NCBI RefSeq assembly: GCF_018350175.1
Contig: NC_058368.1
Location: 169,820,001-169,884,000 of the forward strand
From: Felis catus
Taxonomy: Eukaryota
Direction of reading: 5' to 3'
Length of the DNA stretch: 64,000 bases
Shown here: positions 24,144 to 36,342 of the stretch, one piece after another
How the letters are laid out: each line of letters begins with the position of its first letter
How positions within the stretch are numbered: position 1 is the stretch's first letter
Notes under the pieces: model-generated
The model's input: only the letters and a program-made list of their open reading frames with translations
Databases searched by the model: none
What the model was told of the DNA's origin: nothing
Translations under genes and position numbers: made by a program

Positions 24144-24482
24144 AGAAAATTCATATATAATCTAAACAGATGCAGGGATCACTTTTGAAAAAATATATGT
24201 TCATTATAGGAAAAATTTAGAAAACAATGAATAGACGATAACTCCATAAACTCTGATAAAAAATAATTTAAAAAAATGGAACAACTTTAATGCTATTGGT
24301 CCCTCTAGGATTTGTATCTACTGGAGATCCAGTAGAGCTCCTTTCATTCAGTATCATTCTGAAGGTAAATGCCAATAAATTATAGCATGAATGTATGCAT
24401 AAATGATGCAATTAGAAAACATAAAAATAACATTGCCATTTACTGATAATGGTTGCATTTCCACATAAAATTTAAAACTCAA

Positions 24483-24709
24483 GGGGCGCGTGGGTGGCTC
24501 AGTTGGTTAAGCATCCGACTTTGGCTCAGGTCATGATCTCACAGTTTGTGAGTTCTAGCCCTGGGTCGGGCTCTGTGCTAACAGCTCAGAGCCTGGAGCC
24601 TGCTTGGATTCTGTGTCTCCTCCTCTCTCTGCCCCTCCCATGCTCATGCTCTGTCTCTCTCTGTCTCTCAGTAATAAATAAACGTTAAAACAAAACAAAA
24701 AAAAAAAAA
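24483..24709 (+). mobile_element. Can-SINE
   Basis: ggggcgcgtgggtggctcagttggttaagc head, CT tract, A tail. Confidence 0.94.
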
Positions 24710-24719
24710 CTTGTGAAGT

Positions 24720-24930
24720 TCCAGAAGTGCTTGTTGGGATTTTGATTATGATCACATTAATTCTTTAAATCAGTTTGAAAAAAAAAATTAAAAAAACAGC
24801 TTTACACTATTAAGTGTTCCAATCTATGAAATGTTTTATTTCCTCATTTATTTAGATCATTTTTTATTATTAGTTCTTTGAATTCTTGCTTTGCATATTT
24901 TGATGGCATAATTTTAGATAGATAAAAATA
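24720..24930 (-). mobile_element. Old L1 ORF2 fragment, opposite orientation to the adjacent old L1
   Basis: cttgttgggattttgatt...ttccaatctatgaa...catttatttagatc antisense ORF2. Confidence 0.6.
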
Positions 24931-25001
24931 TTTTCCTTGCAAACTGAATTTATCATTTTGAAAATGTCTCTGTATTCCTAAAAATACTTCCTCCTTTTTC
25001 A

Positions 25002-25075
25002 TTTTTTTAATATTTATTTACTTTTGAGATAGAGTGAGACTGAGCATGAGTGGGGGAGGGGCAGCAAGAGAGGGA
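25002..25075 (-). mobile_element. Can-SINE 3' fragment (head missing)
   Basis: ttttttaatatttatttacttttgagatagagtgagactgagcatgagtgggggaggggcag. Confidence 0.75.
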
Positions 25076-25119
25076 TGAGAACAGATTTTAAAAGTTCTCA
25101 TCATAAGACAAAAAAAATT

Positions 25120-26085
25120 TTTAAGGAATGTATACAACTCAGTAGCAAAAAACCAAATAGTATGATTAAACAATGGACAAAGTACTTGAACGTACATTTT
25201 TTTCCAAAGAAGACACACATAGTTAATAGGCAAATGAAAAAGTATTTAGTATCACCAGTCATCAGGGAAATGCATAAATCAAAACCATAATGACATATCA
25301 CCTCACATCTGCTAAATTACTGTTATCAAAAAGAAAAGAAAAAATAAATGTTGGTGAAGATGCAGAGAATAGTGGAATGTAAATTTGTGCAGTAGTTGTG
25401 GAAAACAGTGTGGCATTTCCTCAAAAATTTAAAAATAGAACTACCATATGATCCAGTAACTTCAATTCTAGGTATTTATCCAAAGGAAACAAAAACGCTA
25501 ACATGAAAAGGTATCTGCACCCCCATGTTCACTACAGTGTTATTTATAATAACCAGATATGGAAGCAACCTAAGTGTCCATCAATGGATGAATGGATAAA
25601 GAAAATATGTATGTACAATGGAATATTACTCAGCTATGAAAAATAATGACATATTGCCATCTGAGATAACATGGATGAACCTTGAGAGCATTATGGTATG
25701 TGAAATGTCAGAGAAAGGCAAATACGACATGATTTCTCTTATATGTGGAGTCTAAAACAAAGCAAAAACAAAACCAGAGCTCAAGATACAGATAAAATAC
25801 TGGCGGTTGCCAGAGGTGGGCCCTGGAGGTTGAAGGGTGGGGTGGTGGGCAAAATGGATGAAGGTGGTCAGAAGATGCAAACTTCCAGTTATAAAATAAA
25901 TTAGTTCTGGGGATGTAATATACAATGCGGTGACTATAGTTAATAGTATTATATTGTGTATTTGAAAGTTGCTAAGAGAACAGATTTTAAAAGTTCTCAT
26001 CACAAGATAAAAAATTTTGTTAGCTAAGTATGGTGACGCATATCAACTAGATTCATGATCATTTTGCAGTATGTACAAATATCAA
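25120..26085 (+). mobile_element. L1MA-type 3' end
   Basis: Sense ORF2 C-terminus and 3' UTR (aacctaagtgtccatcaatggatgaatggataaagaaaat; gtgactatagttaatagtatt). Confidence 0.9.
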
Positions 26086-26087
26086 GA

Positions 26088-26202
26088 GGGGTTTTAGAAG
26101 GAACCATACCTGTTGACACAGTGATCTCGGGCTTCTATCCTGCAGAACTATGAGAAAGAAAATGTTTGTTATTTAGGCCAAAAAAAAAAAAAAAAAAAAA
26201 AA
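26088..26202 (+). mobile_element. MaLR LTR fragment ending in a 23-nt poly(A)
   Basis: gttttagaaggaaccatacctgttgacacagtgatctcgggcttctatcctgcagaactatgagaaagaaaatgtttgttatttaggcc followed by A23 (26180-26202). Confidence 0.7.
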
Positions 26203-26957
26203 GCACCACTGATTTTTCCATAAGGTAGGTATCAATCTACTGGAAGAATTTAAAGCTATGCCACAACTCACATATTATTAGTGTTAATTGCCAGCCAGCC
26301 ACCTAACCAGAAAAAAAATGTAGCCCTTAATGTTAGCACAATTGAAATTCTGATCCAGGAGTAGTAAGCCTGTGGAGAGACTGAGAGGCAATAAATTCAG
26401 TTCAGGGACATTTTCTGCATATAAAATGACCCACAGTGTTGACCCTGAAATGAAATCAAGTTGAGAATTGATTGGGGGAAAATCATTTGGGATAGTTGTA
26501 ACATAGTTATTCATGATTTTATAGTTACTAAGAAATTAGAGGCTGTTTCTCTTATCAGTGTATCTCTAAAATGACAAATCTCCATAAATGTTCTAAGACT
26601 AAGTAGGCAGGCACCAAAGGTAGGACTCAGGTAGTATGAGGTTGACCCTGTGTCAGTGTCAGTTTTCTGTGCCTTGCATCTTGTCCCCAGTTCTTGTCTA
26701 GGGAATATAATTGTCAGAAAAATCTCAGCACAAAAATTGCTCTGGGGATTCTGGGAGGAAATACAGCTTTTTCCAATAGATTGGGTTCCTTAATGAAATC
26801 ACCTTACCAACCTGGGCATGGAAGTCCATGGTGTGGATGAGAAGGGGGTGAAGAAGGAGATGTTGTGAGCAAGAAAAGCGGATGGTGGAAGAATGCTTGC
26901 CCTTTGTTTCTCCTGCAGCTTATAAGAATAGGAAAAAATCTGTGGCAACACTTGGTT

Positions 26958-26960
<3 letters not shown>

Positions 26961-26996
<36 letters not shown>

Positions 26997-27387
26997 TTTT
27001 TTCAGTATATGAAGTTTATTGTCAAATTGGTTTCCATACAACACCCAGTGCTCATCCCAAAAGGTGCCCTCCTCAATACCCATCACCCACCCTCCCCTCC
27101 CTCCCACCCCCCATCAACCCTCAGTTTGTTTGTTCTCAGTTTTTAAGAATCTCTTATGCTTTGGCTCTCTTCCACTCTAACCTCTTTTTTTTTTTTTTTT
27201 CCTTCCCCTCCCCCATGGGTTTCTGTTAAGTTTCTCAGGATCCACGTAAGAGTGAAACCATATGGTATCTGTCTTTCTCTGTATGGCTTATTTCACTTAG
27301 CATAACACTCTCCAGAGAAATTGTGGTTTATATACACAATGGAGTACTACGTGGCAATGAGAAAGAATGAAATATGGCCCTTTGTAG
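26961..27387 (-). mobile_element. Young felid L1, 5'-truncated, with inverted 5' segment (27316-27387)
   Basis: Perfect 12-bp TSD cacttggtttta at 26949-26960 and 27388-27399; (TAAA)n tail; orientation switch at ctctccag|agaaattgtgg. Confidence 0.93.
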
Positions 27388-29104
27388 CACTTGGTTTTAA
27401 AAGAGGCTTAGATTACTCGTCAGAAACCCACATCATTCAGGTTCCAGGATGCGAAGGGAACTCAAGTAGTTTGAAATTGGTAGACTGGTGGAAATTTTAT
27501 AGTGGTACAGTCCAGAGAGTATTTTATTTGTCTTTGTATTACCTGTGTCTGAAATATAGGAAGCATTGAACAAATGTTTGTGGAGAGAGGGAAAGAAAAG
27601 AAAGCAAAGGAAACGTACTGTTTGTAAGATTGTGTAAGAATTTCTCAAGCTAATTAAAGAAAGGGAATTTGAAATAAATTGCATCGGATTGCAGGTGAAG
27701 TGAAATCTGTATCTGTCATCTGTGGGGTAAATGTTTGGAAATGTATCTTTTTTGAGCAAAGGGTAGAAGCACATTAGTGAACATGTGTGTAACTGGAAAT
27801 GTCAAGGGTTCTTTCAGAACAAATGTAGACCATTTATAGCCTTAAGAGTCTAGTTACTACTCTTTTGTGATAACATCATTTATAATATAAGGGGGGGGGG
27901 GTAACTGGAAAAGTGTCGGTTCAAGAATATTTACAATTCCTGTTGCCTTTTGATATAGCAAATATTGTCCAAATCTATATCCCAACAAATCTGATTTCAA
28001 AGTATCTTCATAGTTTTCAGTTGTCAGGCTTGTTGGGAATGAGACTAAATCTGGCAACATAGTAATGTTATACCATTTTCGTGAGTTTTACTCAAAAGGT
28101 TGGTACAAATATAGCTATGCCTATTATTCTGAAAAACCGAAATCATTGTTAATGGGCTGTATTATTACTTGACATTATTAAACTCACTGAGTAAGTTGTT
28201 AATTAATGAAGCTGATAAATCCATAGAGAAATGCCATGCACTACTCTTCTTTTAGGTCTTAAAAACATAGCTCCTAGAGTCCACAATCCCCTTAAATGGG
28301 CTCCCTAATTCATGGGAATTAGATAAAGAAAGCATTTAAAAATTGCTAGATATTTAGGATACGATGGTTCCCACAAAGAAAATCACAAGCAAACAAATAG
28401 AATCAAATTGCTAGTTCTAATTCATTTTTAAGAAAGTTTTATTTACCTACATTAGAATCCTGTAATGGACTCATTTATCTCATATGGTTGGCTTCCTACA
28501 TCCTTCAAAATAAGTTTGAATGATTAAGTCACTCTAACAGCCATGACATATCTACATCTCTGTGTCTACCTATCATGAACTGTGGTGAACAGAGTTTATT
28601 TGATATCAGATGGATTAGCTGAGAAAGAGATCATGATCCTCTACTAAGAAGCTACAGAAACGAAGTGAGACAGAGGGAGCTTGTATGGACCATGAATTTA
28701 TTTGCTCATGATATCTCCATAGTTGAGCATAATGCCCAACATAGGTGAATGGTTAAAATATAATTTAATAAGAAAATGCATGAATGAATGAAAAGAAGAA
28801 AGATAGAGGTAGGTTGTGCTGACAGACATTCAGATGAGAAAGCAAACATGGTTTCCATGGAGTTTGATATTTTGTAGAAATAATATAGGCAGGTGGAAAG
28901 CAGCCTGATCCTAGCTGCTGATTTGAGTTTAGTAAAGGGTAGTATTTATAAGTCCAGGGAGGGTAGCAAGCCTCACTCCAAAGGATTTGTTCATGGGTCT
29001 TATGACTCCAGAAGCAAAAGGTGGTAAGATCTGGGATGGGGGAGGATGTTGGGAAGAGCAAGGCAGAGTTCTAGGCTTTAAAGTCTCCATTATTTTATCA
29101 TTTT

Positions 29105-29700
29105 AAAGTAAACTTTTAAAATTCAGGTATTATAACATTATATAGGAATAATAAAAGTGTCCATATCATAAGCTTATGGTTCCATGAATGCTTACAAGAT
29201 GAAAAAACACATATGAAAAGCCCTATCTCAATAAACAGAATGTTACCTGCACTACAGGAAGTCATTTTTATACCCCCTCCTAGTCATATCTACCCCTCCC
29301 CATCAGGGTAACCACTATCATGATTTCTAAAACATACAGTTGTTTTGCCTATACTTTAATTCATTCATAAAAATGAAATCATGCAATATGCAATTCTTTT
29401 GTGTCTGCCTTTTTTTTTTTTGCTTATTATGTTTGTGGAATTCATTCATGTTATTACATGCTGTAGTTGGTTGGCTCTTATTGCTGTAAAATAATCCATT
29501 ATGTGTATATAACACCTTTTGTATATCCATCCTATTGGGATTGTTTCCAGCTTTTGGCTATTATAAATGGCATTGCTATGAACATTATTATACAGGTCTG
29601 TTGATGAACATACACATACATTTGTTTGGAGTATGCAGCTAAGAATGTGATTATTGGATCATAGGTTGTGTTTATGATCCTTTTAATATATACTGGTGAT
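29105..29700 (-). mobile_element. Old L1 (L1MC/ME-type) 3' end
   Basis: Antisense 3' UTR (gggtaaccactatcatgatttcta; ttgtttccagcttttggctattataaat). Confidence 0.75.
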
Positions 29701-30429
29701 CCTCCTTCCAAAGGGGTTGTACAGATCCCTAGTTTTTAAAAGGGAATCTTCTTTAGCTATAGCACAGACAAATGGAGACCCAAATAGAGGCTACACTCTA
29801 AGACTTGCTGAATGTCTTTGTGGGACTCAGGATCAGAAACTCCTGCATCAAAATCATTTATTGAATTGGGAAGTACTGTGGGAAGTTAGGGCTCAACTTG
29901 AGAAACACTAGAAATCTAGTAGGAGGCATGAGGAAACTACATCCTAAATCTCATGGCAGTGATAATGACAAAAGCTACCCAGGGGAATTCCAGTGATCAG
30001 AATCTTGGTCTAATCAGCTGTGTGGTCTACTAACTGAGTTCAGCTACTGCCCAGACTCAAGCTAATGCCCAAGCCTGTCCTTAGAGAGCTAATTTTCTAA
30101 CCCATCCCTGCATAGCTCCATGTGACTGCGGCAGCTCACTATCACCATAAAGTGCACCACGTGTTTCCACACCCTGGAGTCCAAACTGAATTAACCCTAT
30201 TCCCTAAGAAGCAGTTTTCTCTCTAGGGGTTTGTTCCTCGTATCCATTCCATAATATTCGCTGTGAGAACATCCATTCCTTTATCAGTAAACTACCCACT
30301 GGGGAGTGGTCTGGTTAGTTTATAGCCTGGCAAAACAATTGTATAAACCTTCAGAAGTACTTTTCCCGAATCTGGGTTATCAATTTCATCCCTGTTTGTA
30401 GTGTGAAAATGTTTTGGTGAGTTTAATTT

Positions 30430-32176
30430 CGTTTTTTTGTTTTTTAAATTTGTATTTAAATTCCAGTTAACATACAGTGTAACATTAGTTTCAGGTGTAC
30501 AGCTTAGCGATTCAACATTTACATACAACACCCAGTACTTGTATCAAGTGAGCTTCTTAATCTCTATCACCTAGTGAACCCATTCACCCACCCACCTATG
30601 ATAACCATCAGTTTCTTCTCTTTTAGTGAAGAGTATTTCTTGGTTTGCCTCTTTCTTTTTTTTCTCCTGTGATCATTTGTTTCTTAAATTCCATATATGA
30701 GTAAAATTGTATGGTACTTGTATTTCTTTAACTGTTTTAATTAGCTTGGCATAATACTCTAGCTCCATCCATGTCATCGCAAATGACAAGATTTGATTAT
30801 TTTTATAATATTCCACTGTGATTATATACCACATCTTCTTTAGTCATTAGTGGATATTTGGGCTCTTTCCATAATTTGGCTATTAGATAATACTGCTACA
30901 AACATCAGTGTGCATGTATCCCTTGGAATTAGTATTTTGTATTCTTTGGGTAAATAGAAATTGTTGGATGGTAGGGTAGTTCTCTTTCAACTTTTTGAGG
31001 AAACTCCATACTGTTTTCCAGAGTGGCTGCACCAGTTTGCATTCCCACCAACAGTGCAAAGGTATTCCCCTTTCTCTGTATCCTCACCAACATCTGTTGT
31101 TTCCTGTGTTGTTAATTTTAGCTATTCTGACAGGTATGAAGTGATATCTCATTGTAGTTTTGATTTGTATTTCCCTGATGATGAGTGATGTTGAGCATCT
31201 TTTTGTGTGTCTGTTGGCCATCTGTATGTCCTCTTAGGAAAAATGTCTATTCATGTCTTCTGCCCATTTTTTAATTGGATTATTTATTTTTTAGGTGTTG
31301 AGTTTTATAAGTTCTTTATATATTTTAGATACTAACCTTTTATTAGATATGTCATTTGCAAATATCTTCTCCCATTCCATAGGTTACCTTTTAGTTTTGT
31401 TGTTTCCTTTGCTGTGCAGAAGCTTTTTATTTTGATGAAGTCCCAATAGTTTATTTTTGCTTTTATTACCCTTGCCTCAGGAGACATATCTAGTAAGAAG
31501 TTGCTACAGCAAATGTCAAAGAGGTTACTGCCTATGTTCCCCTGGATTTTAATGGTTTTCTGTCTCACATTTAGGTCTTTCATCTGTTTTGCGTTTATTT
31601 TTGTGGATGGCGTATGAAAGTGGTCCAGTTTCATTCTTCTGCATGTTGCTGTACAGTTTCCCAACACCATTTGTCAACGAGACTATCTTTTTGGATCTTC
31701 TTTCCTGCTTTGTCAAAGATTTTTGACCATATAGTTATAGGTTCATTTCTGGGTTTTCTATTCTGTTCTAGTAATGTATGTGTCTGTTTTTGTGCCAGTA
31801 ACATACAGTCTTGATCACTAAAGCTTTGTAATGGAACTTGAAGTCTGGAATTGTGATGCCTCCAACTTTGCTTTTCTCTTTTGAGGTTTCTTTGGCTATT
31901 TGAGATCTTTTGTCATCCCATACAGATTTTTTCTCAACTGCTGTTGGTATCAATCTCATTTTGCAATTGCACCAAAAACCATAAGATACATGGGAATAAA
32001 CCTAACCAAAAAGGTAAAGGACCTGTACTCTGGAAACTGTAAAACACTGGTAAAAGAAATTGAAGGTTTCACAAAGAAATGAAAAAACGTTCCATGCTCA
32101 TAGATTGGAAGAACAAATGTTAAAATATCTATGGTATCCAATGCAATCTACACATTTAATGTAATCCCTCTCAAAA
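30430..32176 (-). mobile_element. Carnivore L1, 5'-truncated, with inverted 5' segment (~31951-32176)
   Basis: Perfect 13-bp TSD gtgagtttaattt at 30417-30429 and 32177-32189. ORF2 peptides on the minus strand (KINYWDFIKIKSFCTAKET), then on plus ([21 protein letters not shown]). Confidence 0.93.
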
Positions 32177-32634
32177 GTGAGTTTAATTTTGAAATGTATA
32201 GACAATAAGAGAAGTGGAAAATCCTCTGAACACTTGCATGTTATATTTTACTCCCTACTAAGTTTTGTTGACTTGAGGGAGAGTAAACTGAATCTGAAAT
32301 ATTTAGGTGATGAGGGGCCTACTCATTCTTCAGATTAAGGAATAATGCACTCTTCATGAGAGTGGCAATGATGATATGTACATATCTGTACAAACTCATT
32401 TTCCTTTCTCTTCTCTGTCCTTGGCAGAGGAGGAGAGGCCAATATACTCCCCTTTCCAAATGTATGGCTCTTTTCCACATCAGGATTCATATATTATTAG
32501 GAATACCTACAAGAAAAGTTGGAGTGCAGATGTCATTTCTGTTAGCCTTCCATTGGCCTAAGTATTTCTGGGAATATGATATTTAAGGAATAAAGGAGGT
32601 GATAGTTGGGAGGCTTTAGACTTCTCATTTGGGC

Positions 32635-32900
32635 ATCATAACTAATGGTTAATATATGGGCTTTGGTGTTAGGAAGCTCTTGGTTTTAACTGGTGTTAAT
32701 CCTGGCTCTACCAGCTATTAGTTGAATAAGTTGAGTAATTTGTTTAACTGGTTGAGTAATTCTAACAACTTATTTAACTAGTTGAATAACTAGTGAGTAA
32801 CTGTGTCAGATATATTTACTCACCTTTTGAGTTTCTTTTCCTTGACAGAGAGAATTCAGTATGTTAATATGCATCAAGTAGTTGACACTGAATGAAATAC
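32635..32900 (+). mobile_element. MIR with scrambled internal segment
   Basis: taatggttaatatatgggctttggtgttag...aatcctggctctacca...gagtttcttttc; repetitive insert at 32719-32800. Confidence 0.5.
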
Positions 32901-35329
32901 CCAGATGTTGGTGGTGGAGTGGTCTGCTGCAGATGTACTTGTAGAGGATGCATTGCCTGAGGAGAATTAAAAAATAGTAATAATACCTACTAAAAGTTGG
33001 GTTATAAGTTATTAACACTATGTGCCATTAATTCTTAACAATTTCAGTAATAAAGTATTCCACCCTGCCAGATAACCCACTCTCATCATTTCTATGTTGG
33101 TATTACCAGTGAGTAGAAGATATCAGTCTCTCTTATAAGAGATATTGACGTGTGCATATATTTACTTGGAGGCCAAATGAGATCGGGTGTTAAGACAATG
33201 TCAGTCCTAGGTTCTCACCTATCTGTTAGGGTGTGTAGAAATAAGGTTACACAAGACCTCTTTATTCATGAATACCCAGATGACAGCTGTGGATTAATTC
33301 CTGAGATTTGATTCATTCAAAAACTCTATAGAATTATTCAGTAGTCAAAATAAATTAAATTTCAAATTATCTTTTGGCACATATAATCTGGTTTTCTGTC
33401 AGATTACAATTTTTCAAAAATTACAATTTTCCAAATCTTTCTTCCAATGGAATAGCATCGTTCATTTTTAGTATTCTGAGGACAGAGGGATTTGTGTACC
33501 TCCTAGAAAAAAAAAACGAATTAGCTCAGAAAAAAAGTGTTCACTATTAAACAATTAAAAGAAGTATTTGCTGAAGGTAACTTTGTGTCTTCCTTTCTGA
33601 ATGTGATTCAAAGGCATAATTAGCTCCAGGAGGAAGCAATGTGGTTGTCACTCAGAAGAGCTCTCACATTATTCTTTTATTAGATGACATATTCTTTCTA
33701 TCCTTGCAGTTTACCCTGCAGATATAGTGGATTCAAGTAGACCATCATTCCGAACTTTCCATGGGTCTGGGTTGGGATTCAATAGGGGCTGATGTTCATT
33801 CATGGTTTTTCTTCTCTTGAGGAGAAAGTATAACTTTTGCTGTTTAATTTATTGGCAAGTCTGTTGCGTCTACAGGAATTCTATAGCACAGCTAAACCAT
33901 CCATTTAGCTGGCACTTCCCCCTTCCCTTTGGTTTCATGCGCAATCATTTGCATAGAGTAAAAATCCCAATACCAAATGAAAAATCAAAAGTAATTCACA
34001 CTATTTTTTTTAACATAGTACTCTTTTTCCTCTAGGCATCAGAGTACTGGTATTACTCCTGCCCTGTGCTGATGTAACGTTGTTTTCTAAACCTAAGTAG
34101 CTGTCTGATGGCTCACTTGAAGACACAGGTGTTTGACTTGAGTCTTCTTGACAGGAGCAAAATGAAAATGATTTGCAGTCTCCAGTAGACACTTGATTGT
34201 AAGATACGAGAACTTCCAAATTCTGTGCACACATGACAATTTTGCTAATCCCTATTCATGTTTTCAGAGATTATTTTTACTTTCCATTGGACCCTTTGAG
34301 CCAAAAGTTGCCTATTTCTCTAGCCTGATCCCTTGAGAGGAAAAAAAATGCCAAATTTTACACTTACTTCGAGTCTTCAGTGATAATTTTAGTGGCTTCA
34401 ATGCATTCTCACAGATGCAGGCATTAGAGGCTGCAGACCCTCTTTTCCTGCCCTAGGCAGCCAGCTAAATGCCTATTAGATTTGGTGTTAAGCCACACCA
34501 CTAAGGGAGTGAGAATCTGAATTGGCTTCCCTGTTGTCAGCCAGTCTCGCACATTTATTTCAGAGTGAAAATTTGTCACTGCTTTCCCATTTAATTCAAT
34601 TTTTGATATCATTCTCTGTTTCTAGAGCAGAGATTTATTTTCAACTTTGGAATATTCTAACATAGAAGGAATAAAACATTTTGAATCAAGAGTTTTTACT
34701 GTAGCTCTCCACTGTAATTTAATGGAACAAAATGCTTTGTAAGTGTACAACCAGACCAAGCCTTATCAGTATATTTGAAACAAATGCTCAGATTCCCATG
34801 CTATGTCTCCCCCTAAAGTTTCTTTACTAATTTAGCCAGGATATATGCAATAAGAACAGAATAACTTTGACTTTCTATTTTTTCCTTATATAATTTTTAA
34901 GAAAGTGGAAAAGGTAGAGCCAGTCGTCCAATAAATGACAGTTTCTTATGGGGAGAGCCTTCATGTTTGTGTTCCTAGATGTTACTGCTGTCTGGGTGAG
35001 GGGAAAATATAGGTCTGTTCAGTACCATACTCTACATCCCAGATGGCTTTGAGAATAAGAACCTAAGAATTTATTCTTGTCTGTTTTCTATAAGATCTGA
35101 AAGGAAAAATGGAAAACACTGTACACAGGTATCAGATCATGTTTCAGGGCATCGGGCATCCAAGAAAGCACGCTCCTTTACTGTGTTGTTATATTGTTTG
35201 GTTTTGCTCAGAAAAACAATATATTTTCTTTTTGCGTGAGCCAGCTCAATTGCTGTACAAGGGTGCATTAGTCATTACCACAAAGTCCACACTGGCATCA
35301 TCCACTTTCTACTCCCAGTTCCTGTCTTT

Positions 35330-35590
35330 GTCTCATTAATGGCTACATACTCTTCTTAAAGTATCACTTTTTCAGGAAGCCTTCCTGATCACTTCCTCTG
35401 GTTTATGTTTGGTTCTTGCATATTCCCTTGGGATGATATTCCTAAAATCATGAGCATGATCATTTCATTAATTGTGTTTCTCATCCCCCAGACTGTAGGG
35501 CATTTACATATTTGCTCACTCTATAATCTCCAGTATTGAACACAGTGTCTGCTTCCTAACAGAATCTCAAAGGTTTGTTGGCTAAGTGCC
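35330..35590 (+). mobile_element. L2 3' end
   Basis: tttcaggaagccttcctgatc...ccccagactgtagg...gaacacagtgtctg. Confidence 0.6.
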
Positions 35591-36113
35591 CATAAAAATG
35601 CCATTTAAAATGTAGCTAATCTTTCAGCTGTGACTTTTGGATACAGTTGTCTTATTCTATGCCATCTCACACTAACAAAAAAGGCATTGTTAGGGCCTAG
35701 AGCTGAGTATTGAATTCTCTTGGTGACTTTAGACATAGAACCCTGACAGTGTTTACAGTTACTCCTTTAAATCTCTGGCTCTAGTCCTCAAGAGACACGA
35801 GCAAAAAAGAATGAACAATGATGAAGAGTCCACATTTCTAAAGTTGTAAGTAGTTTTCATGATCTTATTTTAGGGCAGGTCTGCGGGTCTTCTCACCCTT
35901 AACTACTGGGCCATATTTTTCTTTTTTCCCTTTTCCAGACAAATAGAGTTTAGCAGCAATAGAACTTTAAGCTGTGATGAGTATCTAGTCAGTGTATACT
36001 AATGTATTCCTTACATCTTTCATGTATACCTCCAAGCACTGGAGACTCGAGAAGGTACAGGAAAGAGAAAAGCTCAGGAAAAGAAAAATTATGGTATTGT
36101 ATTAGACCAATAT

Positions 36114-36114
<1 letters not shown>

Positions 36115-36153
<39 letters not shown>
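36115..36153. repeat. (CA)n microsatellite
   Basis: Direct reading. Confidence 0.97.
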
Positions 36154-36155
<2 letters not shown>

Positions 36156-36224
36156 AGTAAACATTGTGGACCTGCTGTTTATCTAAACCATTTAAAAAGG
36201 TACAGTTCTACAGCTCATGTAGAG

Positions 36225-36342
36225 GAACTACAGTTCTTTGAAACAGGAACTCTGTTGATTTTGTTCAGCATTGAATCCCTAGTACTTAGTACAGTACCTG
36301 GAGCACTGTATGTGCTCCTTAAATATTTGTTGAATGAATGAA
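36225..36342 (+). mobile_element. L2 3' terminus
   Basis: ttgttcagcattgaatccctagtacttagtacagtacctgg...taaatatttgttgaatgaatgaa. Confidence 0.75.

Larger units (their letters stand above)
19860..24480 (+). mobile_element. Very old, fragmented L1 (ORF1 to mid-ORF2), interrupted by SINEs and a hAT element
   Basis: A-rich sense-strand L1 motifs (gtcagctgacttcaacagaaagaatggaaactggaaga; taatatcagacaaag; aattataggtcaatctcattcgtaaacacagatacaaaa). Confidence 0.7.
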
